A stretch of DNA of 64,000 bases from Klebsormidium nitens (lineage: Eukaryota; Plantae; Klebsormidiophyceae): the NCBI GenBank assembly GCA_000708835.1, contig DF236952.1, forward strand, positions 434,001 to 498,000, written 5' to 3'. This document shows positions 32,991 to 46,600 of this stretch, in pieces (the first letter of the stretch is position 1; every line of letters starts with the position of its first letter). The notes beneath the pieces are model-generated. The model was not told where the DNA came from and ran no database searches. It was given only the letters and a program-made list of their open reading frames with translations. A program made the translations under genes and the position numbers.

Positions 32991-34757
32991 AACCGTGTTG
33001 AATACGGGGGTTGGAGGGAGGGAAGGGATGGAGGACCGGCTGACTTATGGACACGTCGTCAAGAGGAAGGGTTTCAGAAGAGGAGCGTTTGAGGGGAAGA
33101 GGATGGACGTTTGAGTTGCGGATCCGCATATGGGCGGCGGTCTATTGTGCCTCCGCTTCGGTCGACTGGGTGTTAGCGGCCGTCGAAAGTGCGCCTCAAC
33201 GAGGGACGAACGAATGGGTTTGAGGCGAAGGTGATGGCGTCAAGCTGACGTGGCTGCAAGCGGTGGCCAAGCGGCACGTGGGGCATCCTAGAAAGGGAGG
33301 GGGCCGCGAAAAACTGCATTACATTATTGCAACCTCCTAAGGGTCTGCAAAAACGTGTTGATGATTAAGGAAAGGAAAGGTCCGCAGGACCTCTTTACGC
33401 GTTAAGTAAGGGTGTAAATAGTTGGGGGCTAGCCAGAAGCATATCTATTTATGGTGACTTGTGCGGTGTAGTTCATCATGTTGCAGTTGCGGGGAAGCCG
33501 CAGATGCAGTCTTCTCGGATAATCTGAAGAACCTGTTGCCGTGGCTCCCGACTTCATTCTTTTGCGACTCTGCAAACAGCCCGAGGTTTTGAGAATCGAT
33601 CTCGCTAGCCATCCGGAAATATTATACATGGTCCTCAACAAAGACATCAGACATGCACCAGAAAAGTTCGGCTGTTCGTCGGAGTACGGTACTGCGGGCA
33701 AAACCAAACGACTTCCAAAAGACATCGACATAGGATAGGTATATGTCACCGGGCAGGCTTTCTAATGTAGCAGTATGGTATATCAATATTAGATTGGGTA
33801 CCGGCCTCCATCGTCGCCATTCAGGCCAATAAACGATGTTTGGACACTTTTGAATGGCGAGCCGGGGACCTTGCAACAGACGCGGTTAATTGTGCTTGAA
33901 CATGTATTGCAGCGCAGCTTTGGAGAGCAGGCTTTCATTTATTGCATTGCATGTGGCCGCGCATCGGACCGTCGGACATGGAGTCAACTCAACAGAGTTG
34001 GCTGCATGGATTTCATAAGTGGGAGCTGCGGAATATAGCAAGGTCTTGAGCTTTCGCCAAATGTATAAGAACTAGTTCCGATGATGTATAAGATCCTACA
34101 GCATTTTCTTGAAGGTTGTGCCAATACGTATGGGGATGGGGGCATGCTTTAGATATATGATGATGATTCTTACGAGCTTCATAGACAAGCTTCTCATCGG
34201 TGTGATTGACTTATCAATTAGAGGCTTATAGGTAGTTGACTTAATCGGGCCGAGTTAATTCAGATAACCCTTCCCCTTGCACTCTTGCCATGCCTTCTCG
34301 TGCCTGCACACGCGGTCAATGATGAGTCGATTGTAAACCAGGAAAGCGGTAGCTACCGCTTCTGCCACTGTATAGAACCACTGAACGCTTTGTCTCGTCT
34401 CATACGGTATGTGCGCCTCGTCGCTATCCAGTCATATTGCCAACTGTGCTGATCGAACTCTGCCTTTCTCTGCTTCAATCTGGCAGCATTTGCCTGGCCC
34501 TGTTTCTTCGCGCAGGGATCCCTCTGGTGAGAGTTACGCCACGTGTCGATCACGAAAGTTGCCAGGTCAGTAAACCAATGGCACACGTCCCTCGTGAGCA
34601 GTACTGCTCTGGATTGTGCCGCTGAGGCATAAGAACAGATGCAACAGCAGTGGACAAGATACCGTAGGTCCTAGATCAGCCCGCTTGTTTTCCTTGCAAA
34701 AGCAGGGGATTCCAAGCGACTCAGGTGTGCTGCAGGGAGCCATTTCCCGTGGTTAAG

Positions 34758-37700
34758 ATGCACAGCATGGCTTCATCTCGGAGCGCCCAATCCTCGGCAA
34801 TGCTTACACAAGAACTGCGTCAGGCCGTTTACCAGTCTGGTGGGGACCCGCTTCCGCGATGGGACGTGTTCAACACAATAGCAAGAAGAGCACCTGTTTG
34901 TGCTGCATGCAGGCGCAGGGACTCATTTGCGGTCTTGGCTACACAGAAGAGACACCAGAATCTTGCTTCTTGTTCCCCTCTTCCAAAGGGCCCAGATCCA
35001 CGTTTTCCCTCAGTCAGAGCTTCCACCAGCAATGCGGAGGCAATAACGCCTGCTAGCAAACCTGTTTTGAGGAGAGCCAGGTTGCGGCCACCAAAGAGCA
35101 CAGCTGTCGACCGGGGGGCAACCACAGGTGCACCTGGGTCTGTCGAAATTAGGGTTTCCAGGGGGGTCGAAGACGGGACTGGATATGATAGCGATGTGGA
35201 GGTGGGGGATGCGCAGCTGCCGGCCGAGCAGCCGTGGGGGGGGGTGCATCCAGCCGTCCAGTTTGTGGCGGAGTTTCTGAGGGTGGAGCTGCCAAAATTC
35301 TTTGCGGAGGAGGGGCTCTCGACTGCGGTCTATGCAAAGGACGTGAGTAATGTGCTGTACGCATCAACAGCCGTTGGGCGTAGCTGCAGCTTGCTTAAGT
35401 CAGGACACCTTTCAGCAATGTCTTTTGCTGAATGGTTTTGCTAGTATATGAGCGTATTTGAGGATATCGTCTTTAATCAAGATTTAGTTCTGCTAGCTGA
35501 ATGTCGGAAGTTGGCATAGGGAGCAATGCGAGCTTCTGTGGCCTCGAGTCGTTTGATGCTCCTGCGTTGTACTGTTGAGCATTGTGGATTTTCAAAGACT
35601 CTGCCAGATTCTGCTGAACCCTTGCTGATAGGGGCTTTGGCAGGGGCTCCATAAGATGAATTGCTACGCTAGCGGCACCAGTGGTTCTACCGTGACGTGC
35701 TCTTGGTTGCCAGCATGTAGGCCACACATGCTGCAGTCTGCAAGTGGGACCCTTCTGGAGGCAGTTAAGAGTGCCTAAGTGCAAAACCAGAGCCCCTCAC
35801 CCTTCATTCTGTAGTCCCTGGACTGTCTTTCTCCAGTTACCCCCAATTAGCTCCTCCTCCAGTTTCCTTCGATATGCCTCACTACAGCTACACTGCTTTA
35901 ATCTCAGGCAATTTGCAGCTAACGCACTCAACTCCGTTTCTCAAAAGCAGCTCTATTTCTGCCTTGACTTGAATGGCCTCAAGGCTTAGAGTGTGGGCCT
36001 CGCCTGCTCTTTGAATCGAACACCCCTTCCTTGCCAGGTGCATTTCAGAGACCCCTTGATCAGCATCCGGGGAGTCCGCCTCTTTGAGCTAAACGTCTTC
36101 TTCCTGCGCCTATTGTTTGCTGGGGGCCAGTTTATCCTCCACGATATCGCTGCGGCAGGCAGAGATGAGGTGGTGGCGCGGTGGACGTTTGCGCTACCAG
36201 CGAGGTTTCTGCCTTGGTGAGGGCTTCAAACATTTCGTCTGGACTCATCCAAATGGAAAAGAAATCTTCGTCGCCCAGAGCATTCTTGAGGGCTTTCGCT
36301 TGTGGAGCAGTTTGAGGTTGCTGCTGATTGACGGGTTTTCTTACGGTGAGGGATCTGACGCTTCGGGATAGAGATTGGTCTTGAGGGGTCTTCCCAAGGA
36401 GGGCGTAATGATTGGAACTCGAAGAGAGTGATACAAGTGGTATGCCGCTTCTGGAAACATCTACCGCAATTTCAAGTGACAAAATCCTCTCATGTGTGGA
36501 CTGGTTCGACGACATGCCCTTGATGAAGGGCAGTTTTTGAAGCGGGCATGGGCGTTTGTACTGTAACATCGATGCCATCCCGTTCAGAAAGTGCAGCCTC
36601 TTCTCTAAAGTCGGCTGCAGCCTTCTGGCTCGACGCACCGAAAGTCAACACTCGACCAAATTTAACCGAACGCAATGAAAGATGACAGCTGGCAGTAGTG
36701 CTACAAACGCCTCAGGAGGCAGCCGCCTCCGAAGACGGCCTTTCAATGTCACGAGCTTTGATTGCCCGCAGATTGATCCCCCTTGCCAATCCTGGTTTGC
36801 ATTCTTATGTGTTCTTACTTTTTCTTCGTCGCCAGGCGGCCAGTGGTGTTCTTCACAGGCGTGTCAAAGTTCGGAGTCGATCTTCAGCAAGCGAAGCTGA
36901 CGAGCCACTACGACTACTGGGATAACCTGGGAGGCAAGCAAGTACGTAGCAACGTTCACGCTTTGGTTATCCACGGTCGTTTCAAAGCTCTTCTCGCTCC
37001 TTTTTCTGTTTCTTCCTTGAAGAAAAGATTGTCTTAGGATTCTGACGTAGTAAACAAACCGTGTGCGCTGGGATCCTCAAATTTTCGCGGGAATCGTGCA
37101 CAAGGCCACACATATAATTGCAGACAATCTAGTCTAATCTTCTCGCCATTCCGCCATCAAACGAGCGATTGGCCTCCCGTTTGCAGAACGAGCCCCCGTC
37201 TTTCGCCGCCATCGCAAGCATCGCCTCTCAGATCCAACCGCTGACCGCCTTCAACCGACCGCTGGACCGGCCTTATTTGTTGCTGAGACGGGCCCGGGAT
37301 TACGACGTTAGGTGAGGGGGACTTGTCTCAGATTGCCGGTTCCCTTTCCTTCATCAACAGGGCTAATGGAAGCTGGGCGTTTGTAGTTCGAGGTTTGACT
37401 TCGTGCAAGAGGTCCTTTGATAGTACTTTGCTGGTACTTTGATGGTATTTTGATGGTACTTTGATGGTACTTTGACGGTACTTTGACGGTACTTTGATGG
37501 TCGTAAAAAGTACCTTTCTGATGGTACTTTGAGGGTACTTTGATGGTATTTTGGTGGTCGTATAAATTACCTTTTGGTACTCTTCACGACCATCAAACAA
37601 GTTGTTCGGGCTGAGCTGAGTTGTTCTCGGCTTCTTTTTTGTCTTCAGGCAGTACGAGATAGCGGACAACTCGGAGTGTGCCCGGACAATCGCTGTCCGT

Positions 37701-38066
37701 AGGGGCAACGCGGACCTGATACGGGCGCTCGAGGACGATAGGATACGGTACGTGCCTTCATAAGCGACGTCCGCCAGGCTTCCTTACCTTTCTGGTATTA
37801 TTGCTTTCGTAACTTGTCACCTTTCAGCGGAAGCGTGGTGTCCGTGGCCGATAACGCGATATTTTTGGATTGCGGGTAAATCCTGAAGCACTAAACGGTG
37901 GTTAACGCACGAAAGTCATGGATACGTAGTCAGTTTGAGCACCGAATGTTTTGCTTCCTCCAGGCGTTTCTCGGAGTTGGGCTGTGCTTTTACGGCTAAC
38001 CCCGCCGATTTCACATCTCCTTCAACAGTGTGTCACACCTTGGTTGAGGTGGCGGGGCATCTTTAG
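34758..38066 (+). CDS. DUF2358/SnoaL (NTF2-like) domain protein, probably plastid-targeted, with a short SOUL-like segment; 7 exons, ~414 aa
   Basis: Exons: 34758-35342, 36038-36216, 36836-36941, 37187-37311, 37649-37747, 37828-37875, 37964-38066 (phases compatible). Motifs seen: YAKDVHFRDPL, VVARWTF, FTGVSKF, HYDYWD, PYLLLRRARDYDVRQYE. The N-terminus is S/A/R-rich. The start codon and last exons are less certain. Confidence 0.72.
37419..37580 (+). repeat. 11-bp minisatellite (GGTACTTTGA[T/C])n in intron 4 of the DUF2358 gene
   Basis: ggtactttgat/ggtactttgac is repeated directly many times, with interruptions. Confidence 0.92.
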
Positions 38067-40697
38067 CAGACCGGGACTTCGTTCTCACCCTCAGTTTTTC
38101 TAAACCTGCGCCGCGTGACCCGAGCTGAATTGCATGAGCCAATTCCGAAACGTAACCCAGTACGCAGAACGTGTGCTGTTCTGATAGGGTGCATCCATTT
38201 CCAGAAATCCTGGACTTGTCCATGAGCTGGATGCAGCACACGTTTCTGTCGCGACACGCTTTGCGAATTGGACCAAATGTAACGTTCGGGTCAAGTCAGT
38301 CTTGGTCAGGCGGCCGGGTTATACCGAACCCTAGTAAGAGGGTGTCTGGGAAGCTAGTCCGTAGGCGACCACGTAGCGGAGGCTCCGTTTTGATTGTCGC
38401 TCACATTGGCACGTGCTTGCAAACGGCGGCGACAGTCATTGATCCGTTTCGTCGCTCCAAAAGCTGCGTGTCGCCAGGGACGCACGTGGGAAGATGCTCT
38501 CTTTCAGAACCGAAAAATTCGTTGGACCTTAACACCTGGTTTCAGAAGGATCTCCTGTGATTCCCCCATGGTAACCAGTCCTCAGTTTGAAATTTAATTT
38601 GAAAACCAGTGGCGGCCTGGGATTCTTTCGCAAGGATATTGTATCGAACCTGGACTTTCAGTTTGACCGCTTGTTCACTGCTGCGTGATCCGTCAAACCT
38701 GGCGGCAGAATGTGCGATGTGCGATAATTGCAAAGGGTGATCTAACGGCTCAGACGTAGTTCTGCCACCAGCTTGAATTGAAATGGGGTCAACTTGGCGG
38801 TTATTCTTGACAGAATGCTGTGTATCCTAGGAATCACCGATTAGGGTTGTAAACTCTGTCAGTCTTCACAGGGCGCCTTGGCTTCAAACCGGAGGGGAAC
38901 CGGGGACGAACCGGGGCGTTCCGCTCCGGAAAAGTGGCGGACGAACCGGAGCTGGCCCCGGTTCGAGGCCGGTTTGCTAAGAACAGGAGCTGGTTCTTGC
39001 AGTCCGGAGCCGTTTGGCATGAACCGGTTGTGACAAGCTCAAGTAATGCCTGCTTTCTTTGGTTGCAGGGTTGAACGGACAGAATGCTCTGTCCGAATGG
39101 TGCGGACAAGCTGGCCGCATAAGGAATTGCGAGAGGTCTACGTTCCCGTGGCTTACGTTCCAGTCGTCGAGGAAATTGACAAAGGTGCGAACACGTGAAC
39201 GTCCTGACATGGCAGCTCAGATACGTTGATTTAAACGTGGTACATAGGTAGTTAGGAAAGACTGTAGTACGGTAAGCGAGAATTGATGCAGCTTAAGTGT
39301 TGAGCCCAAGATTTGAGGCGTTTGTTTCAATCTGTAGAAAGTCGCCGCTCGACCGGTTTGGGTTCCTTCGATCCATTGAAAAGGTGATGCTTGGAAGTGA
39401 ACAGAGTAGGCGCGGTTAGCGACGACAGTTTGCAGGGTGTTCGAGAGTGAGCGTCCAGAGGTATAGCTGTTTGACGGACTAGTGTGGATTGCGTCCTTAG
39501 TAGAAGGTTTTAGAAGGACAGCTTCATGTTGACGAAATTGTGTTGTTGATTGCGTTAGGGACTATCTTAGACAATAATTGATTAGTATAATCCGGTGGAT
39601 GGGGTATAGTACATCTTATTGCAACAGCCTGTGGCGCATGAGATTGTGGTTAATTGGCACGCCGAAAGTTGCGTGGTACCGGCACTTGGATATATGGGGT
39701 ATTCGTACATGCATGCATGTGGGTTGCGCCTAACCTCTTGGCCGCAGCGGGCTAGGTCCGACCATGTGGCCAATGGCCAAGCTTAGTCTTTCAAGGGCCA
39801 ATTGTTGCATGCAGTCACTTCTTTCTATACACGCAGGCTTAGGCACCCATGGGCCCATGGCGCAGAAACAAGCAATAATTCCGGAGTTCGGGCTTCATCG
39901 AATTAAATGCATCAACTCCATGACCTCTATGTTGATTGGTCTTGAGACCTATACATTCCAACACATTGGTGACATGCAGTGCGACTGACCGAGCTCCAGC
40001 TCAAGCATCAGATATGTACGCAACCGTCAGAAATTGGCGACAAATCTTAAACTTTGGTCGTCAACTATTATGTTCTTGCTCGCACTGCATGCATACAACG
40101 GCCAGCTCGAGCCGCCTCGACTCAACGACTAACTAACTTCACTCGTTTCATGATTCTTGCTGTTAGCTTCAGCTTGGGACTTTCGGAAAGCGCGAGTAAT
40201 GATAGTGCTTCCGGCTCTCAGTGCCATGATTCGTATAAAAGTTTACTGGATGCAGATTTAGTATATATGTCCCGTGACTACTTGTTGCCGCGTCGAGTGG
40301 CCCTGGGCCGCGCGGGCAAACCAGCTTACACGCAACATGAGCGAGTCCTAGCATATTGCACAACACATCAAGCCGCGGTGCATCAAATCCGACCAACTAC
40401 GGTCGATCTGAACATTATGGCATAAATTCAAAGGGTCTCCAAGGCCGCCCCTACTAAAAGAGGTGCATGTTATACCGTATCCTGAGGCCTTTTGCACACA
40501 TGGAGTGGGAATTATATTGGGGTGCGCAGGTGGAGATTGGCTGGCCGCTTAATGGCTGAAGGACTTTATTGGCTCTCAAATACAAACACTGCCAGATTTT
40601 GGTCTTTCGAGCTACATTTCTACAGGGTGATAAGCGAGCTCTTGTTATCACCACAAATCAATAATGGTTTCCTAGACCTATGCATGGCGTTCTCTGT

Positions 40698-43600
40698 TCA
40701 ATCAAAATCGTCCTCAATCTGGCTATGCTCTGATCGGCTGGTGCTATCCTCCTGCTGTTGCCTCCACCGCCGGTAGCGTACCCCCAGCTTATCATAAGCA
40801 ACTGGATGGTTCCACACGTTTGCCCCTCGAATCATCCGGTCCTGCTGGCCCTCTACCAACCGGAGGTCCTCCGATAACACCTGCAGTTGAGTAGCAAGTG
40901 GTCAGCACTCTAACAAAATGGCCGACTTTGTGAAGCAATCAAGAATAAAGACAACAGCTGACACTAGAAGAATGGATGAATGCAACCAGTCGAGAACAGA
41001 CAGAACAAAGTTCAAGTCGAGTCGCAGTTGACGACTCTAAACGTTTGGATTACTGTCTGGTCCAAGAGCAATAACAGGGATTGACCGTCAACCTGCTCAG
41101 ACCAAAAACCGGAAGCCCGTGCTCACAGCATTGGGTCGATTTACCAGCTTATTAAGGGCACGGTACTACGCCAAAGAGCAAAATCCCTGCACCCCATGCG
41201 CCTCCAAAACCAAGCTACTCAAAGTACGTTTCTGTTTGGAAGGACGTCATGGGACATGTCCCACACGGAGACTCGATGCCCGGGATTCAACTTCCGCAGT
41301 CCCTCCCGATAGCCATGTAGGCCGGTGTTCAAGCGACGGGCAGTCGATGCACGGATATCGCTCCAAGCCACATGGGGTAGACGGCCCCCTGAAACCAATA
41401 AAAGTGTGTGCTCACCTGGTTGGCCATGTACTCCCACAGCTTGTGGATGAAGGGCACGTACTTCGCCCACCAGGCAAAGTCGAGCGACATGCGGTACAGT
41501 AGCCGGGTCGTGCCCGTCTTGGACGGTACACACACATGGAGTTGGTGCAAGTGGTTAGGGCAGTCCTGCAAGGGGAGGCGGTGTCAATAAGGATGTATAC
41601 GAAGGACCTCGGTTGGTGATCTGAGTTATTTGTAACAGACGAGGCATTTTGCTTCAGAAAGAAGAAGTCGGTTTTAGCATGGATGTGCGGACTTGTAGTT
41701 CGGGAAACACAATTGCAGTCTACACCAGCCTTGGCGCACAACAAAACTGCATGAACCGAGATAGGAGCCTTCCCTTGCATAAAATCTGGATCCCCTCATT
41801 AAAACAACCAAACATCACCTGTTCGTCAACGCCTGATATCGAACGATTAACCCCTTATGAGATGAAGGTACTCAAATCTTTTTTGGGTCTACAACTCAAT
41901 GATGGCACCAAGACCCGTAGACCTGCCAGAAAAACCGCGAAAGGCAAGTACCGTACTGCTACGTAATTTCGGCAAAAATTAAATAATTATGTGCCCTGCC
42001 GAATTCCGCCGAGAAATGTTTTGGAGCGATAATGGTCGATAATGGTATGTTTTAGCAGGTAACTCTAGGTCTGCCGAAAAGATAGAAAGTTTCATAATTA
42101 ATTTTTCGGCGTCGAAGTTGCCGAAATCAAATAGCAGTACGGTACTTTCAAATTCGAGCACACAGGACTGTGGCTCACTTTCGTGTTAGTGCCGGAGAGC
42201 TTCCCAGGCTGCGAGAGCCCAATAGTGGAGAACACCATGCAGGGGGGGCGGAACTCCATGTCGATCGGATAGGGGTCCCAGAAACCGCTCAAAGCGGCAG
42301 CGGCAGCGGTCTTGAATTTGACGGAACTGCAGTCAGAAGAGGAGGCACGACAGAAAGTTAGCACAGTTGGAGGGGTTGTAACTCTCCCTGTCTGGTTGAA
42401 CAGCAATAAACTCGGCCTCTCAAACTCGGCCTCTCAGACAAATGGCAATCTGAGCGATCCAAGAACCTTGAGACCCCCGGAGCAATCGGTTCACCGTTTG
42501 GGAAGAGCCGTACTTGCATTACAATCCTTCTCTCAGCGCGCTTTGTTTGCGATACTGGTCCTTCCTTTATCTAGGGCCAGTCAACGAATTACCCCATCTG
42601 AGGACCAGACTGTCACACTATCAACAGAAGTTATGCAGGCCTTAAGCGGGCGTTACATAAGAACCAAGGTCAACGTATGTAATCAAAGAAGACTTTCGAA
42701 TAAACACCCAGTTTGAAGATCGGTTTGAATCGTCCAGGTTGGGATATACCAATCGAAACGAACTTCAACAGCACATCTGAGACGGTCCATCTTGTCCGAG
42801 TCTGGAATTCGGCAAGGGGTTTGCACTTACTTGGGCACTGGCCAGCCCTTGGCGAAAGTGGTGGTGTGGGTGAAGGGGGCGTGCGCCAGGTCCAGCAGGT
42901 TCTCCACGAGCAAGCCGTGCTCAACGGGGACCTCTAGAGTGATCTGCAATCACAACAGCAGGCTGACGTCAGTAGCTGTTCTCAGGGATTGAACAAGCGC
43001 AGAGTACTGCAAACCTGCTTCGGATGGGACAGTGGCGAGCGGGTCTTTATGGCTTTTCGCATTGTGTGGACGACTTTGCTGTCATATTGCAAACACATAC
43101 CAGCAAGGACTTGGGGTATGCTCTTGCACAGGAAACGGCTTTTCAGAACATGGTCGGCAGAATGCTCCGAGGGGCTGTTCGCACCTTCCTTTCAAAGGAG
43201 CAAGGAGCACATCAATACCTGCCCACACCTTTTCCACATGTAACAATGACACAACTCGTCAAAGCATGAACAAGAATGATTGCGAGAGAGAAACGGGAGA
43301 AACCCTTACCTGTGCATGGATGGTGTAACCAGAAGGGGGGCTCAGGTCAGGGAGGGTGGCCTCCGGCACTTTGTCCCCGGGCCAGATCCAGATCATGCCG
43401 TCTTGCTCAACGCAAGGGAGGGCGCGGACAGAGGTGGGGGCCTGGACTGTGGAGGGCATGTGGGTGCACTCGCCGGAAGTGGTGTACTCCCAACCTGCAG
43501 AAAGGGTTCCAGAACAGGGTCAGGAATTTGGTTATAGAGGGTTCTGAGTCGGTTCTTTGACTTCAGGACTCTTCGGGGCTTCCATTGGGAAAGTGCAGGT

Positions 43601-46600
43601 CAACCACGCAGCGGACAGATTAGAGGTTGCTTTAACAGTCCCAGGAAAAATAACACGGAACAAATCCAACCTTTGATCAAACTTTTGATACTCACAAAGG
43701 GGGCCACTACGATGACCAACCTTGCAGCAAAACGATGGGAACCTGATCCACAACCGAGACAGCATCATTCCAAACGAAAGATTCGTAGAAGCCTCCTCAC
43801 CATGGTATGGACATTGCACTTTCCCATCTACGAGCGCCCCCAAGGACAGGGGGCAGGCTCGGTGCGCGCATTCATCCCTGATACACCCCGCTTTTCCGTC
43901 CTGATCTCGGAAGATGACCCAAGGCTCGTTGAAACAGTCTATTGGTACCTGTAAATGGACAAACAAAGGCTGCTGAGAAAAGTGATCATAAGGAAAAGGC
44001 GAGTTTTGTTGAGCTCTACGTCCGTACTGTATAAGAAAGGGGCTCTTTGCTCGGCCTTGGCCCCAGATGCAGAGGCGCTGCATGCTTCTTGCCAAAATCT
44101 GTCGACATGAATGTACATGACGCAGAATTCAAAAAGATGAGGCCTGCAACTCTCCAAGGCGATAAGGTTTTCTACCGCCACATATCCGCCTCTGGTGTGA
44201 CGAGCTCACCATGGTCTTACTGTCCACATTCTCAGAGAAAGCCACCGGGTACCAGAAGTTTTTCAGCGCTGGGGAAACCTTCGGCTTTCCCGACACATCG
44301 AGAAAACTCTTCTGCCCTGCTCGCCGTTGCCGCCGAGCCACCTGCTCCGACAAAAAGCGAGGCGTGAGTTGGCCGACCAATAGTAGTCAGTTGCCTTGCA
44401 AACTTCGCTATACTCTGATTGACATGGTCCTGCATCCATAGTCCTGCATGAGGCCATAAGGATTTGCCTCCAGGTGGATCTGAGTAAGAAAAGGCTGCAC
44501 TCCAGTCCATGTCAAAGACATCTAGTTCGTGGCGCCTATGGTCCGCATCTGAATTCCAAGCAGCCATCAGCTGCTAACCGCCAGTCCGACCCTGCATGGA
44601 TCAGACGAGATGTCGACGGCGGGCAGCGACAAATCAGCTCAAACCGCAGTTCCATCACCAGACATATGCGTACATATTTCTCAATTCACTCGGCATCTTT
44701 TCAGTCCGAAGACTCGGGCTGAAACGGTTGTCAAAAGCCGACAGTGACAAAAGCTTCCCGAGCGCACCTCCTGCTGAACCTCCTCTGCAATCTCCCTAGC
44801 CTCCGGTTGCGTGCGGGGCAGCTCTTGCGTCTGCGCCTGTGACCGCTGCTGGGGGGGCAACGTCTCCATCAGCTTGTCCTCCATATCCGTGAGTTTGCTA
44901 AGGGTGTGCTCGACCCTCGCCTCCGATACATGTAGCTGGCACCAACAAAAAACCCAGGTTAGTATTAACCTTCCTCCCAAATCTGGTTAATCTCACTGCC
45001 AAGCGTCAATGACCTAGCTTTCAACTGTGCCAGATGCACTCACCTAAAGCAAGTCCTAGCCCCAGCAAATGGAACGATAACCTGGTCTGGACGGGCGAAT
45101 TGCTTGCTCTCAATAAGAAAGCCCTCACGCACACAACAATGTGGCAATATCATGCAATTTGTGCTGACATGTCATCACTATGCTCTGAATACAGCTGCAA
45201 TTCTGAGCACGGCAAGAGGCGTTAATGTTCAGCTGCAACAACAGCCGCAAATGCAGATTATGAAATCGGTCCGACGCCGACTCTTCTATCATGAGTAGGG
45301 AACCTCAGAAATGGTACCCTCTCTCTGCAACCAGTGAATCAAGTGAAACCCAAGCCCCCATGCTCAATAGAACAATGCCCCCAAGGATTGGCCCAGTTCG
45401 GATGCAAGGGTTGTTGAATCTTGGACACACACCAATCTGCGCGGGTACTGTTAAACCCATGCTCAGCAGACGAGATAAGCCATCTTGTGCTCTGCGTCAA
45501 TCTTGGCCCACACACTCTGCACAGACTCCCCGAACCAGCTCCTATAAGCTGTTGGGCCAGTGCAGGCAGAATCGGTTTGCAGTTTACAACCTTTGACATT
45601 TTCCCAACGCTTGTCTCCTCACCTGTGCATGGGCCTTTGACAGCTCATCTTGCAGCGCAGCAAGCTGGTTCTTCAGAGTTGACACCGACTTGTGCTCACG
45701 AGCGACCGGGTTGAGTGTCTCTACCACCTGCAGAGTGGGGCCAATTCGCTTTTCATAAAATAGTCCATGTGTCCCAAGGTGCAATGATTTGCTCTAATCC
45801 CTATGCTTGTGAAAACCAACGGACCAAATCCCCCTCAGACATCGGAGTGTACCCTCCCACAAGAAAGCTGAGGGAGCTTGGTTGACTCATTGCCGGAAGG
45901 TAGCTCAAGAGGAGTGCCACGATCCAGGGCAGCATCTCTCACAGGTTGGCTTTTTCTACTCCATTTTCAACCATTAACCATTGGTTTGGCAAGGAACTGA
46001 GGCACGTCGGTTCTGTCTGATCCCAAGCGAGCTCCAAGCCACGTAAGAGTGACCTATGTGCTTAAAGTACAGGGCAGTCTTCTCACATTCAGACCCCAAG
46101 CGTCGGGTCACCATGTAGGTAGTAGGTTTCCAGCTCCTGTGGAGCTGGCAACAACTCTTGAAAGCCTATAATCAACTATTCATCAATCAAAAGCGGTTGG
46201 CATCAGACCCCGCACATTGACATGCCCAAGGAGCTAGCACTGAGCCAGATCTGTGTCCTTTGCCAAACTTGTAAGATTTCAGGATACTTTGTAGTGATGC
46301 ATTTGTCTACCAGCATTGTGCACTTCCAAGCAACTTCCATCACAAAATTCCAGGCGGGAAGGTGAATACCAACAGGCGGATACCGCATGCCAGAGACCAC
46401 AATTGGGATCCGCTTCTACTAAGGGAGCTGGCGTTACTTTGAGTTCAGCTTTGACATGTGCAGCTCAGACATTGAAGTGTCGGCGCATGTTTTCAAGGCT
46501 TCAATCTGCAGTGCATGCGCAGGGGAGTGCAAGATTCGATCTAATTAATGCTCTGTTGGGAGCCACATGCTGCCGTCCATGGCACTCTGGCTTCCTATCT

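Noticed and set aside
33429-34040. Short ORFs between the kinase and DUF2358 genes
   Set aside because: No recognisable homology or splice chain.
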